The notes beneath the pieces were generated by a model. It worked only from the letters and a program-made list of their open reading frames with translations. It made no database searches and had not been told where the DNA came from. The translations under genes and the position numbers were made by a program. A stretch of DNA of 59,989 bases, the filler included, from Sphacelaria rigidula (lineage: Eukaryota): assembly GCA_964200075.2 (NCBI GenBank). It is 9 parts of 9 records of this genome, joined end to end, with 100 filler letters (N's around TTAATTAATTAA, not from the genome) between each part and the next. Parts side by side here need not be neighbours in the genome. Positions count along the whole stretch, not along the records: positions 1 to 6,577 come from CAXNAA020019254.1; positions 6,678 to 13,254 come from CAXNAA020019255.1; positions 13,355 to 19,931 come from CAXNAA020019256.1; 6 more parts are not named here. One strand, given 5' to 3'. Shown in pieces: positions 1-13,497 of the stretch (its first letter is position 1; each line of letters begins with the position of its first letter).

Positions 1-3000
1 CCGTTCAAAAGGTCTTCAGAGTAGAGTGAGTCGTGCGGTTCGAGTAAAAGATACGATTTAGCCAGGTTGTGCCCGACTTCATTCGTAAATGCAGTTGATG
101 CCACTATTCGTGTGGACTTGGGACTCGTGGATATCTTGAAATCACGTTTCTGTTCAAAGATTTCCTGCAGTTTCCGTCGTTATTTTTGAAGGCGCAAGTC
201 ATCGCGTGTGATATGTCTGCTGATATCCCGCCTTTTCGTGCCGAGAAAAGTCGCAAAACGTGGTGGGACCCTGGATTCTGTCCCATGATCTCACCCTCGA
301 TGGCAGCGAATCATAACAAATTCTCTTTCACGAGGCCAATGGAGCGCCTCCCGTCTATGAGCTGCACAAAATCGATTTTGCTAGGGACTCTCGCCAACCG
401 CATCGGATTTCCGAAAATGCACTCGAAATATGAGCCGACGGACCCATCAAGGATAGCTCATGACCCATCAACACGGGTAAACAAATACTACCGCATCAAC
501 AAATTGGCTGCAAAACACCGGGAGCACTTGGAACTGGCTAACCGAAACAAAAACACCATGCTGTCCTGAACAGCAATCAACGGTACAACGAACACCGGAC
601 GCTGGGCCCCTGCTCCACCTCTACCCCATCCGCGCTTTCCCCCTTGAGGGACAGTACGTGGCCTACACAAATCGCCGACTCTGCGCAATTTGATGTCACG
701 CCGACCGTCGACACTTGGAAGAGATGCGTCTTGCACGTCTTCTGGATGATCCTGCGGAAATGATTGATCGGGGGCAGCGGCGAAGGGTACGGGTGATCGC
801 AAGAGTTAATGGGGCAGGTTACAGTCGATAAATCGGGCGCTTCAGTACAGCTAGGCGAATTTCAACAACTACTTCAAATTAGAAACTGGCGCAAACAGGA
901 CGTCATTTTGTCCCGTGTGTGGATGAAGCTTCCAAACGTATCCATTTACTTGGCACCACGCGAGAACGATACCGACACATTCAACACTAGGCGGGTACTC
1001 ACGATCGAAAAGACTTGAACTCATCATGCCGAGCAGCTGGGCACTCTCGACTCCGGCAACATTAGACACGACATCCTCCAAGGCCTTGTCGAGCTAGATC
1101 GTGTCTCCGTCTGGGAGTTTCGTCTGGTTCTTGGAAAAGGTGCCAGCGGCAGCGCGGGGAAAGGAACGGTGCGCATCAGGTAGGGGTGTGAGTCAAGAGT
1201 TATGACGTATATACATGGGCAGTGGACTCGCTGGGATCTCCGTCATTATTTGTAATACACACCCATATATTTTCTGGTATGAACAGGAGTGCCCAAAAGC
1301 AAATGCGAGGCCCTATGCCGATTTTTTCAATCCTAGGTGCTTTCGGGGGGGGAGGGGGGGGGGGGTACTAAATCCCATGTATAAATAAAGGATGAATATA
1401 AAGAAGTAAAAAGTATAAAGTATATAAAGAATAACGGTTCGTGGTGATGGTTCGTTAATTCTTCGCATATCGATTCGTGTCACCCCAATGCTGGGTGCTC
1501 CCTTTCGTCGGCATAATTTTCACTTTAAGAATCCTCACCCTAGCGGTCAAGGGCTTGAAAAATCAGCAGCTGTGACCGTAGAGAGGGCTCACTCTACCTA
1601 GGAGTTTGGCAGAATGTTATCCTTCAGTGATGCTCATCGACGAAGGGAGGAACGCAGCGGGAGGGGGAAAGAAAATGTCGAGACACTACGCTGTACTCTC
1701 TGCACAGCGTTGTACAATGCTCCGTGTTTCAGTTGCGCTTTCGTGTACCTACATTCAAATTGACAGTATCCCCTCCTGTCTGTACGAGTAGGTCATGATT
1801 CAATTATTTTGTAGATACGTGGTGTGCTCATAAATGGTGGTACCGAAACAGTCAACACAACCAACATACACACGTACATATATATCGTGGCCATGATGCA
1901 TGTTTTGATACACGCCACTCTCTCTACCTTGGCTTTTCCGTGCCTCTCTCGGTACACGGAGCGGCAGCTCTTTTCCCGTTATACTTGATTGCTGTCCACC
2001 ATACATACATAGATGGGGGGTGAGGGACCATAATGTTTTTGAGCTTTGAAATTATCAACGCAGAGCATTGTCTTTTATGCTCGGGCTGGCAGTGGGAAGT
2101 CACGCCGACTCGACCACGCCACGAGTGGCGAGATATGAGAGAGAGCGACATCACTATACTGCTGTACTACCGACTGTATTCCGCGTTGGATGTGCTGGCT
2201 TCGATTGAGCAGAGTATCATTTCTCCCATTTGTACAGGACCGGACACAAAAACAGCACAGCACACGAGACAATCCTCTACGCAGATCAAACCGCCTCGAC
2301 ACACTGCAGCACACGACAGAACTGTGTTGTGACATGCGCCATCATCACCTGCAGAGTGCAAGATGCCCATGAGCGGTCCGCACAAGCGATTGCTGAGGCC
2401 GTGCCTTCCCCGTGTGGAATCCATTACATCTCGCGCTTGCGTCGCCTGCGGTAAAAAGATACAGGAGATCGTGGCAGATGCGGGACCGTACCATGTACGT
2501 TACTCGTTGATCCGACGAGTATGCAGCCGCTGATTTCGAAAAAATCACGTACCTCGACCGAGCACGCACATGGTATCCAGTGCGCCATCTCTGCTAAACT
2601 GCACACATCACTTATCGATGAAGTGGTGACTGCCCGGCCTATCAAAGACCCTCCCGCAGTCCGCAGTCTCACAGAGCTCTTGCATTTCGTTCTCATTGTG
2701 CTACCACCGGCGAGCCAACACGAATCAATACCGTGCAGATGGGTGCCTGTGGTTTTGTCGAACGGACTACTCCGCACGCGACAGGAACGGCATGATCCGC
2801 TCTTCCCTCCGTGTTGTGCAACACGGCGCGATCTTCATCCGTCAACCAAGCGAGGAACACTCCAACAACAGCGCCCTACAAGTCTCGTCTCTCTGAACTA
2901 CCTTCATTTATCCGAAATATGACACTCACCGGTTTTGAAAGATGCTGGGGAGAGGGTTAGTGGGTGGCCGGGAGGAAGTGGTTGACATGGGGGCGACGTG

Positions 3001-3545
3001 CCTATATGTGGGCGAAATCTGGCTCGTTGGAAAATGACACGTGGAACAGTCGGAAAAAGGTCAATTTAGATCATTAATGCTCGAAATGCTATTTTGTCAT
3101 GGAAAACGGATGTAATCTCTACGTGGTCCCTCTGTTTGATCGTTTGCGCCCTTGGTAGATATCTTCAAAGAGGATAAACGAGCCATGCATGCGTAAAACA
3201 AATGGAGAGTTATGTGAAGTTGTTTCGATTCTAAGAGATCATACCCAACCATGTACTTCTAGCTTACATTTCGACTGTGAATACGTAGGTGGGTATTTCC
3301 AGGTGCACTGTTGAACATACCATTATTTGATCAATATTACCCACAGCGGTGGGTCACAGGACTGCATGAAGCCTGCAACAGTTGCTCGTCAACAATTATT
3401 GTTGGTGCTCGCCTGCCAATTTCTATGTAGCTACTCATGAGTGTGAAAGTCAGCCCAGATCCACAACGATTGAGCGGCTATGAGGGAAGCTGCATGCTAA
3501 TGTGTTTGCATGAGGCCACCAGATGGATGCTCCGTCAGTTCCCTT

Positions 3546-3690
3546 TGACCGTCTATACTCGTGCACGCTCCGACAATCAATTCGAAGATGACCGTCTACT
3601 TGTGCACGCTCTGACAACCCATTCGAACATGACCGTCTACATGAGCGTTCTCCGACAATCAATTCGAAGATGACCGTCTATCTGTGCGCG
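3546..3690. repeat. Short tandem array, ~41-bp unit (about 3.5 copies)
   Basis: Repeated CGACAATCAATTCGAAGATGACCGTCTA core. Confidence 0.8.
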
Positions 3691-3999
3691 TTATGACCGT
3701 CGCGGGGGCAGGGCTACATTCTTCTGGTCTTGAGAGTCCATGGGTTCCACACATTCCTTTGCCGAGATTTACACCGGAAATAATCTGATGAAAGTTGTTG
3801 GTTTGAAATGAACGACTCGTGTGTTTATCCCTGAGACTATGCAAATTGCTAACATACAAGCCGGGCATCGAATGGATGAACGAAAAGTTGTATGAACCAT
3901 ATATACATATACATATGCTTGCACCATACAGCGAACAAGCAGGATTTGATCGCATACGGGAAAATGGGCAAGGACGAAGACTCAAGATGTCAAGACCAT

Positions 4000-4403
4000 G
4001 CTTGTTCGAAGAGGTTGACAGGGAAGCGAGGATTGCCCATGCGTTTTCGAACAGGTTGACAGGTGGTCAGGAGTTTCCCACGCGTGTTCGAACAGGTTGA
4101 CATGGATCCAGGACTTCCCATGTGTTTCCGAACAGGTTGACAGGGGGACAGGAGTTTCCCACGCGTGTTCGAACAGGTTGCCATGGATCCAGGATTTCCC
4201 ATGTATTTTCGAACAGGTTGACAATGGGGCTAAGATTTTCTCACGCGCGTTCGAACAGGTTGACAGACATCCAGGAATTCCCATGCTGTCCGAACAGGTT
4301 GACAGGGGGCCAGGATTTTCCCATGTGTGTTCGAACAGGTTGACATGGAGCCAGAATTCCCTTGGGAGTCAATGAATTTATACTTGGCTGTCCCCGACAC
4401 GTG
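4000..4403. repeat. Minisatellite, ~40-bp unit with CGAACAGGTTGACA core (about 9 copies), ending in a TIR-like motif
   Basis: CGAACAGGTTG recurs every ~40 bp; the right end CCCCGACACGTG (4392-4403) resembles the CACACGTCGG terminus seen elsewhere in the window. Confidence 0.85.
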
Positions 4404-5289
4404 ATACCCTGGCCAAATGCACACGCGTGAACCTGCTTTGTCAGGTTATATTGCTGTTCCCTTCGTTCTCCTTCCCTTGAATTTGTTTTGCTCGCTATCG
4501 TTATACTGGTAAAGCGCTGCTATTCATGTTACCGGTTCCATCGTATCTCACGTCGTTGATGACTGAGAATGTTTCTCCCAGACACCGCCCTCGTGACTCT
4601 TGAATCATGGAGATTGTAACGCACTGCAATGAACCATCCATAATTATTTCAATCGGTGTTTTTACATCTATGTGGCACGTGCGTGCAGGTTTAACGTGTC
4701 GGTTATCACATAGCTAACTCCAAATCGGTGAGAAATGAGTGGAAACCCCTTGAACCCTCAAGCCCAGCCCTTCTACCCGGCGGGATCCGTCCAACAGCCT
4801 TCCGTGCAAGCACCTTCCCATGCAGCAGCAGGTTGACGCACCCTCCCACGCGTCAAAGGGTTGCCGCACCTCCTCAGCAGCATCAATCTTTTGTGCGTCC
4901 GCCACTGCAGCAGGTTTTCGGCGCCACGACGATAGCAGCAGTATTTTTGCGCCTTTGCAATAAAAAGCCGCTGAAGCGCCGCAAATGAATCTGCTCAGTG
5001 CTCCTGACCAACAGTTTGCATAACCGATCTTTCCTCAGTTTTTCTCCAGCGGATACTTCCAGTAACTGGGTCTCTGTTGACATTGTTCATCCCAAGCCAG
5101 GCGCAACCAGCAGTGTACATATTTCATGCTCAGCTGCTGCCGCCGCTGCCGCCGCCTCTGTAGCATCGATCTAGGGACTAGGTTCCACCTAGCCCGATGG
5201 GTACGTATACAAATATTTCACCCGTCCGGGGCTACTCCTCCTTCAAACGCGGTTTTAGACGAAGCGAGTTGGAACAATGCACAGCAGCT

Positions 5290-6577
5290 GTGGGTACAAG
5301 CTGAAGTTTGGCACCACAGCGAGAGTAGCCACCGCTCAACAGTAACGGTGTTACTGGGCACCGGGGCAGGGGCGGGGAGCTATGCATCGAAACAGTGGGG
5401 GAGGTTGTTCTTAATGTGGGGTAATATAGAAAATAAGTTGCAACGGCAGGGAGCAGGAATTTTGAGGTCCGCTCGCCCTAGCAACAGGGACATACCTCCG
5501 ATGAAGATTCTAGGATCAGCGGTAATTCCTATTCGTTTCCATACAAAGCATACGTTAATAAAGGTATGGGTCCGGGTGGTCCATGGATTACCATATGGAT
5601 TTATTTCGGCAGCGAGTTACTTCAGGAGAAACAAGAGCACGTTATCTTTCGGAGGGCGATCGAGACTTCGGCTTTCGCCGGAGGCGCCGTGAGTACGGCT
5701 CGTGCCTACCAGTTTCCCAAAATTCGGAGCTGTTGACATCGACCACCTCACCAGCCAAGGAGATTCGGCAACTTCGGACCTCTTCCGTGCTGTTAAGCCA
5801 AGCGCACTCGGTGACGACTTGATGGGGTGGTTGTTTGGTCGGAACGAACTGGAAGCATCAAATGAGATGTGCAAAAATCTTGGAGTGACGTGGGAGGACG
5901 ATACTACGCTGCAGTGGCTGCTGCATCTAACGGAGGACGTGAGCTCAGAAGGTTTCGCTAGCAAGCTAGTCCCGGGCTACCTGCGATCGACGCTAGCGTG
6001 GGCAGCCGCCTGGGTCACGGTTCGAAAGAAAGACGGACGGTAGTTTACGACCATTCCAAGAATATCGTGGACTGAACCAGCTTCTGGAGTCATACAGTGG
6101 CAGTTTGAGGGATATGCAGACCATGTATGGTGGGCTAGCAGAATCCAAGTACTCTACGAGTGTTGATTTAACGAATGGATTTTTCCAGTTGGAGGTGGAG
6201 GAAGTATTTTGGCAGCCAAAGAGTTCGTAGAAGTGATAAGCTGATGCGGACTGGAATGCGTCGGATTGTGTTGAAGTAAACCAGTTTGGAAAGGGGAGTC
6301 AAGCTGGTACATACGAGTCCGGGGCGCGGTTCTTTCCACAACCTTGTGGAAGAAGTGCAACCAGAAGAGTTGGTAGGGAATACAAGTCGGGTTGCACCAA
6401 TCGAATGGGCCGAGCCGGAGTCAGCATCTCCCAGGGTCGTCAAAACGTTGGTCGAGTCATTCCTCTCATCAACCTCTAACAACAAATTGTGCGAATTGAG
6501 GTCTAACTCCGAGATGAAGTTCAAGCCTAAAACAGTGCTTTCCCCAAACTTTCAGCGATGGTGCCCAATTGCGTTTT
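5290..6577 (+). mobile_element. Degenerate LTR-retrotransposon (probably Ty3/Gypsy) pol fragment with retropepsin-like aspartic protease
   Basis: ORF 5126-5692 has VTVLLGTGAGAGSY (D[TS]G site with D>G) followed by MKILGSAVIPIRF...VVHGLPYGFISAASYF, a retropepsin-like pattern; downstream reading frames are broken; runs to the contig end. Confidence 0.55.
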
Positions 6578-6677
6578 NNNNNNNNNNNNNNNNNNNNNNN
6601 NNNNNNNNNNNNNNNNNNNNNTTAATTAATTAANNNNNNNNNNNNNNNNNNNNNNNNNNNNNNNNNNNNNNNNNNNN
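6578..6677. other. Artificial contig-joining spacer (N44-TTAATTAATTAA-N44); the same spacer is at 13255-13354, 19932-20031, 26609-26708, 33286-33385, 39962-40061, 46638-46737 and 53314-53413
   Basis: Eight identical 100-bp spacers whose linker has stops in all six frames; the intervening blocks are 6577, 6577, 6577, 6577, 6577, 6576, 6576, 6576 and 6576 bp. Confidence 0.98.
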
Positions 6678-9159
6678 ATGTATGCATGAAGGCGGGGAGG
6701 TAGCCCCTCCCGCCAACCGCCGGGGAGCCCGTGCCGGCGGTGGGGGTGCGAACTTGGGGGGGGGGGGGGGGGGATGCAATAGATCTCCCGATACGGCCAA
6801 GTAATTTCTCGAAGCAAATCTCGTTATTCTTGTTCCCAAATACCCCATCAGGCGTTCTCGATCCAAACATCCAAAATACAGTAGAGAAACCTCCGAGTCA
6901 GCCGGTGCTTTTGCTTGACGAACACCTTCATGGTTTGAGCCCCGAGGGACGAAGGCACAAAACAACAGCACGTGCCTCAAACAGTACTCCAGCTACTACT
7001 ACTGTACGATCGTTCAGGGGTACCCTCTGGGTGGTTAGTTACACGCTAAGCACCTGGGTTGTGCGGCAGACCAGTAGTGCCTGGTTCAGTAGTGCTCTGG
7101 GTTAGGTAAATGTCTGAGGACATGAAATGTCAAGGGTGGGAGGAGTCATCGCTGATTCGAACAACCAAATCTACGATTCCTGAGGCCTAATGGCGTGGAT
7201 AAGAGACAATATTTGACGGTGGATTAAAAAAAAGTCTGTGCAAACCATGATGCCTGGGGTTCGCATATCTGGGGTGCAGCGCTGCAAACACAATCCAAGC
7301 ACTGATTCGTACGGTACGAATCAACTACACAAAAAACAAGTGAATATCAGACGGATCGTTATTCGTTCAACCCACGGGACATTTCAAAGCGACTCAACGC
7401 GCCGACTAAAGTGCCGACCTTCCGAAATATTCCGGCGCAAGGATCATCAATTTGCCAAAGCTAGGAGGGCGGGAAAATTTGTGAAGAACTCAACCTACTC
7501 AACCCTTAGACAGCGAGCGTCGCCTCGGAACAGTTCCACGGGCTGACAGTCCAGGGACATCCGGGGGTTTCCAAGGGACAGTGGAGTGGTTTTCTGACAG
7601 GAGGGTGGGGGCCTGTTCGCAAAACAGTGTGCAGAACAGCTGACAAGCTCACCAAATCAACCATGTGTGCTTGGAAGTTCCCCACAGGGAATTATAAGCC
7701 AGGAACGAGGCCCGGGAGGAGCGGACTCACTACTATGACCAATCACGGCTATAAATATGGTCATTTTGTTCCCCTACAGGTGGATGACAAGTTATCACTT
7801 CGCTATCTAGTCGTGTTTCTCGTTTTGGTCATAAGTCAACCGATTACACGCAAACAACGTGTTTTGTAATCTGCTCCTCATCTGTGCCGCCTGCTTGACC
7901 CCTCATGTGTTGCCAGCAGAGCTTCACACTGTAGTGCTGTGGAAAACTACGCGGAGGCATCACCAGCATGCAGTAGACAGTGTTTTTACTGCCTCTTGCT
8001 GTTATATCCAGCGGAGACAGACAACGCACATACTGACCCTGGACGCAATAGACTGGAGGGTCAAAAACGGTCAGGGGTCTCCCGGTCTACTACTTATATG
8101 GATGCCCAACATCCAGATGATCATGAAAGAAAGCGCTTTTTGTAGCGAGAAAAGAGCTGCTCTGAACCCCAAATGAGGTACGGTCCATCTCAGTCCACCT
8201 GCCGGGGATCGCTCTTCAAGGGTTAATCTTCAGGGTAGGTCACCACGGTCTTGCTTCAATTTTCAAGTAAAAAGTACGCCGCCGCAACAGCTCACGCACG
8301 CTCGTGATGAAGAAAAATGGAGCTCCCCTCCCCAGTCTTCCATTACTGTTATTGTCGAGACTCGAGTTGCACGGGTTACCCTAACGCCCATATTGCACTT
8401 CACCCAGTTGACCTGTCACACGCGAAAACTACAAAAAGTTTTTCGGAACAAAATCTGAACTTTTCTCGTCCCGTTGCCCACTGCTGGAAGGCGCAACCGC
8501 GAATTCAGCAAGATGGGCTTGTTGGCTCTGCATCGCATGGCATGTGGCCGAAGTTAAAGTCGGAAGGTTCGACGCGTTGCAGCGGCGACAACGCGCATGG
8601 CCGTTTCTCCCGAACGAAGCACCTGTGTAGGCGATATGTGACTACTTTTTGTGAAGATTGTCATCATCCACACGATGTTCCACTACAGATCCAGTGTTTC
8701 CTGAACAGCAGCAGTCGCCCAGCTGCTCATGATGTGAAAGTCCGTGCACCAGCGTGTGCAGATGTGCCATTACGCACGGTGCACGAAGTTTGGGCTGCGG
8801 GAAAGTCGTTTCGAGGACGGTATTGACCAAAAACACTAAAATCGCCATGCTCGTTGTTGAGCATGACCCGAATGTGCCTCCCCCGAATTGGGGCACATGC
8901 TGCACTACCTCGAGTATAGCTTTCTAAATGCTCGAGGCGCCTACCGACATGACTACTGTGAGGTGGTCTAGCCGAGCCTCCAGGGAATTGGCACAGGAAA
9001 CCGTTCGCGGTGTAACTGTTGGGTGAGGTTTGCTCCTTCCTTCCGAAAAAAAAAAAATGCTCCGTGAGTTTTGTCCGACTATCACAGGGCGCCATGTCTC
9101 ACGGTGGATGATCAATCTGCGGTGGGGAAATGCAGAAGCATGGTTGCTGTTGAAAATAG

Positions 9160-9523
9160 TGTGTTGTGTTGTGTATCGCCATCTCATCTGTTCTGGATGC
9201 CAGTCTACACCTGTCGGTATATGTGGGCGTATCAACCAACGCCACAGCAGGAGGAAGGTCAACACCGAAGTTTTTTTTTTTCGCCACACTACCTTTTGGG
9301 GGTCTTAGGTTCTTGTATCGCGATAAATATACGATTCCTTTTCCTCAGTGACCGTTATTTTGTGTACCCATGACTAGTTGCTCTCCCCTGTTGGGTACGA
9401 TGTGAGAAAACTGAAAAACCCGACGGGTAGATTGTGTGAATTCAGCAAAAGTCTCCTCCGCGTCCCATGCCTCAGATGATTTTAAGGCTACCAACTACTA
9501 TTACGAGCCACCACAGCGACCGG
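9160..9523 (-). mobile_element. SINE family A (tRNA-derived), diverged copy
   Basis: Reverse complement matches the body (AGGAAGGTCAACAC, CGGTATATGTGGG), tail and degenerate head of the copies at 44792-45172 and 47153-47520. Confidence 0.75.
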
Positions 9524-9662
9524 CCAAAAGTCCAATGATTTTTTCATGAGGGCCTTCACCTATGTATATTCGACTTTTTACTTGGCGGAAGAGTGGGAGT
9601 TCACGAAAACTGGTCCACAAACTCTGATGGTTCAATTAATACTTGGCTTGTACTCGAGACTG

Positions 9663-9938
9663 TCACCATGCCCAGCAGTGGAGCACAACTATGTCGTGGG
9701 TACAAAAAATTCGACTCGACAGTCGACGAGGGAAAGGGATTGCTGAACTCTATCGCGATAAAAATGAAAGGTAAGCACCGCAGAGGGACAATGGGGTACA
9801 AAAAACAAACGAAAAAGAAAAAACTCCTGTGTTGACCTTCTTCTTCCTCGGTGATCCCGGCTGGTGCGCCCACATATACCGAAAGGTGTAGTAGACCGGT
9901 GTCCAGAGTACATGGGACGACATCACACAACACACACA
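9663..9938 (+). mobile_element. SINE family A, 5'-truncated copy
   Basis: Contains GTCGACGAGGGAAAGGGA, CTCCTGTGTTGACCTTC and CCCACATATACCGAAAGG, plus a CA-rich tail shared with the other copies. Confidence 0.85.
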
Positions 9939-11201
9939 CTATCAGGTTCGCATCTCTTGGGGTGCTGGCAGATCCAGGTGCTGGCCAGCGCGCCTATTAT
10001 AGAACGCGTTTTTGCCCATCTCCCTTTCCCCATGCTTGCCCCCCCGCATTCCTGAGTGTTGTGGATACTGTACCGCAATTCCGTAGTCCGGTACACTACA
10101 TGATAGAAACTGTGCGGTTGAGATTTCGCGCACCCTTGCTCGACGCTCAAAACCTTACTCGAGGGATACATGACCGACTCCCGGTATAGACAGAGCAGAT
10201 CGTGAAAGCACGAGTCCGCAGCCGCACCGTCCTTACAGCCGGGAGCCGACCGGAGGGATTTCATATTCGGATTATTTCTCGCCTGTTCTGCATGCACACC
10301 AAAAGTGCTCAAGGTTGCGCTATTTGCCCTTCACCCCTGCCCGGTGTCCAGTCTGCCACGTCGAAAATAAGCAAGAGTCCAAGAATGGAGCGTCGAAAGG
10401 CCATTTTAAAAATCCATAGATTGTGAAAACCGGACTTGGGTACTGCTACTGTTGCTCAGCGGGGTGACCGCCAGGATAGATTTCCCCGTCAAGGAACAAC
10501 TATACTCGAGATGTCCCTGTTCGGGCGGTTGCAGTGCAGACGAGGATACTACGGACAGTACAGTGCATTACACAGCACAGTAGAGTATAGTCAGTAGCAC
10601 AGTACAGTTACCGTCCGAGTGTTGTGTATCACTAGACTCAGCAGAACTCGTGCTCGTATCGTTCGAAGGAATGTCTGTCTCTAGTGGGGGTAGACACGTC
10701 ACGACTGTCGGAATTTAATCAGTAACACGGGCAGGTGTTTTTCACCTTCATTTCGTTCTTGATTGTATTTCAGAGAGACGGGGATGGCGACGAGTACAGC
10801 CTAGAATTACCTAATCGGAGCTGGGGTACAGTCGATACTGTGCGTCAAGGGGCATATCCACTTAGCAACGGGCGAAACTGGCACTGTTTGTGCCAGCGTA
10901 TGGGGGGAGGGTGTGCGTTAATAACACCCCCGGCACACGCCGCACAGAACGTAGTTTCAATATAGGAAGACGGGCTGATGCTCGTGTATTTTACGCCCTT
11001 CTAACCGACGGCTCAGTTCAACGTTTGACGTCTCCGTTTGTATATTTCCGTGTTTCATATGTTATTTTCACTATACTGTACCGACTGTAGTGTGGCAGTC
11101 ATCTTCAAACCCGCACGAGGTAACAATTTAGAATTTAGTCGCATATAATAGTAGTATCTCCGAATAAATCGTGTTCCTCGACATTGTGACAGACAACTCA
11201 C

Positions 11202-11329
11202 AGTGCCGTGATTCGGCTTCAGTAGCGTTAGCACCTTCTCGGCTGCAGGCAGTGCTCCGCTGATGTGCATGCTCTGTCATTCGGTCTGCTACAGCTAGGG
11301 ACAAGGGTTCAACTCGGGTGGGAACGGAC
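11202..11329 (-). CDS. Probable second exon of the 12100 gene (GSVPTRVEPLSLAVADRMTEHAHQRSTACSREGANATEAESRH)
   Basis: GTTGCAG acceptor and GTGAGT donor; open in the phase compatible with exon 1. Confidence 0.45.
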
Positions 11330-11558
11330 CTGCAACCATGCTATGCACGAAAGGCCAGCGGAAGACTATCTGCAGGCACAGCATGGGACAAGATTACAAA
11401 AACATTCCGCGGTGCATGTACATTATCAAAAGTAGAGACGGCTCTCCAGGCTGTACGGGAAAACAACTGTCTACAGTAATTAGGCAACTGTTGACTGTAG
11501 AAATAGTGAACAGCAGCCTACAGACGAGTATATCCCCTATGAACGCCCATGCACTCAC

Positions 11559-12100
11559 CCACGCTTCACGTCAAGCCCGTGATGCCGTAGTACCTCGCCA
11601 TTGCCATGCCGCTCTCCCTCAATCATCATCACATCATTCCCTCCCTCCAACTCGTGATGCTGATAGATATCATGTGCTGCTGTTGGGCCTAGACCCCCTC
11701 CTCTCAGAAACAAACCGGCCATTCTTTCATCAGCACGCCCACGATAAGATGATTCTCCTGCTGTATTTCGATTTGTTGTGGCTGCTCCTGGTGCAGCATA
11801 TAAACCAAGTACTCCTTTGCTGCTGCTGGTATCGTCCAAGGCCGAAGTAGCCGCAATAGCTGTAGCGCCCAACGTGCTGACACCCAACCAGGTCGCTACC
11901 AGCACCCTCCTCCTCGTGCCCATCGCCAGCGTTTTGTGATGTCGACGCTTGACGATGGTGGGCGTGTATCTCTTTGGTGCTGGTGATGCTGCAAGTTCAG
12001 CATCGGCTGCTGATGACGAATATACCAATCCAACAACGCCATCGCCTTGTTGTTCGGTTTTATCCCTGTGCCGCCCGCGCGACGGGCGACTACCAGGCAT
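11559..12100 (-). CDS. Probable first coding exon of an unknown protein with a hydrophobic signal/TM segment
   Basis: ATG at 12100 and 180 open codons; hydrophobic stretch VLVATWLGVSTLGATAIAA; ends at a GTGAGT donor (phase 2). Confidence 0.55.
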
Positions 12101-13354
12101 GTTGTCCTGAAGTCGATGATTCCTGATAGTGCACTTGCTGAACTAAGGGCAAGAACTCGAGGATGGCAATATGACGGGTATACCCGGAAGTTGTTCGCTG
12201 TCCACGTTAGCTCAAATCAGGTCCTTATTTTCGGTATGTTAGCTATGGAGAAACCGAGACACTGTGAGACAAGGAGGCGCGCGCATACGATAGACGCAGA
12301 GGATGAAACTGCGTGAATGGTCGCAGAGCCTGTTTCACAATACGTGAAGCTTCAACGGCAAGTGAGTGCAGAAGACCGTGGGAGAACGGTATTTTCCGCA
12401 AGTTGAGCTCACTCAGCGCTGCTGTGGTTGGGTTGGCCAGGCTTCTTGAAAAACTTTCCGCGGTTTGGGTGTGTTAGTTGTACGTACGTGAGTCTGGGTT
12501 TCCATTAATAGCCTTAGGGGTTACCTCTTCGACACCAAAATATGTTGACACGCAGCAATACATACAGTATGGGTACAGGGATACCGTGGTGTGCAGCACG
12601 AGATGACCCGCTGTATTGACCTGTCCTGTACGGTCAGCTCAGGCGTATGCTATAGCGCAATATCTCACGGCTACGTGACCATGTATTTCTCCACGACCGT
12701 GTGGCTGCGTTGCCGTGACCGCGGTCTGGAATTACCTCGCCCATAGCGGTCATTTTCGGAACTTGCACTTGAAATAAGCGACTTTATGGTCTGGGCCATC
12801 CTAAAAACGGTTTTAATATTTATATTTCACAGCCATATCTCATCGACACCAACGAATTGGGCGGTGATTCACATATCTTATGAATCGTCGAATCAAGGAA
12901 AGATGCCTACTTGCCCTAAATCCTGGACAGCTATTTTCTCAACGATTCAATATCATTTCGAGTCATTCCTATACCGTACGGAGATGGACGGTGTACAAAG
13001 TCATATGAAAGCCCAAAAAAAGTATCGTACAACCTTGGTACAACGGATGATGATTTTCGGCGTAGATATTCCCTGGAGCATGGGGAAACTATCTACACCC
13101 TCACTTTCACCTACTAATTAGTTATATATATCTGGAGATGATATTCACATAATATCCTGTACTAAATTCGACATATTATTACGATCACAGGCACTAAACA
13201 GCCGATTTTTGAAAATGGGGTTGAAAAAAAAAACGAGGCCCAACTCAAAAGCCGNNNNNNNNNNNNNNNNNNNNNNNNNNNNNNNNNNNNNNNNNNNNTT
13301 AATTAATTAANNNNNNNNNNNNNNNNNNNNNNNNNNNNNNNNNNNNNNNNNNNN

Positions 13355-13497
13355 GCCGGCCGACGCCAACCCCATCGGCGGTCCGCCCCTACAAAGCCGG
13401 GACGGAGCACGCCGGGTTCTCGCCGGACCAGGCTGTCATTTGTTGCTTGCCTTAGTCGTGTGACCATTGACCACGCATCCCTTTCGAGACGGAGCAG
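13355..13497 (+). repeat. Dispersed repeat family C fragment (TCATTTGTTGCTTGCCTT / CCCGAAGCCTACTGATTATC modules); other pieces at 20032-20092, 38570-38900, 39098-39190, 49471-49570, 49915-50065 and 53414-53483
   Basis: Near-identical 40-150 bp modules recur in five different contigs. Confidence 0.8.

Noticed and set aside
4000..4362. Regularly spaced CGAACAGGTTGACA repeats resembling a CRISPR array (likewise 20735-21717 and 53975-54930)
   Set aside because: The intervening sequences are similar to each other rather than unique spacers, there are no cas genes, and the context is eukaryotic; these are minisatellites
6622..6633. TTAATTAATTAA palindrome recurring every ~6.68 kb
   Set aside because: Synthetic linker inside N-spacers
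9940..10516. Third exon of the 12100 gene
   Set aside because: An acceptor-like site is present, but all three frames hit stops within about 35 codons
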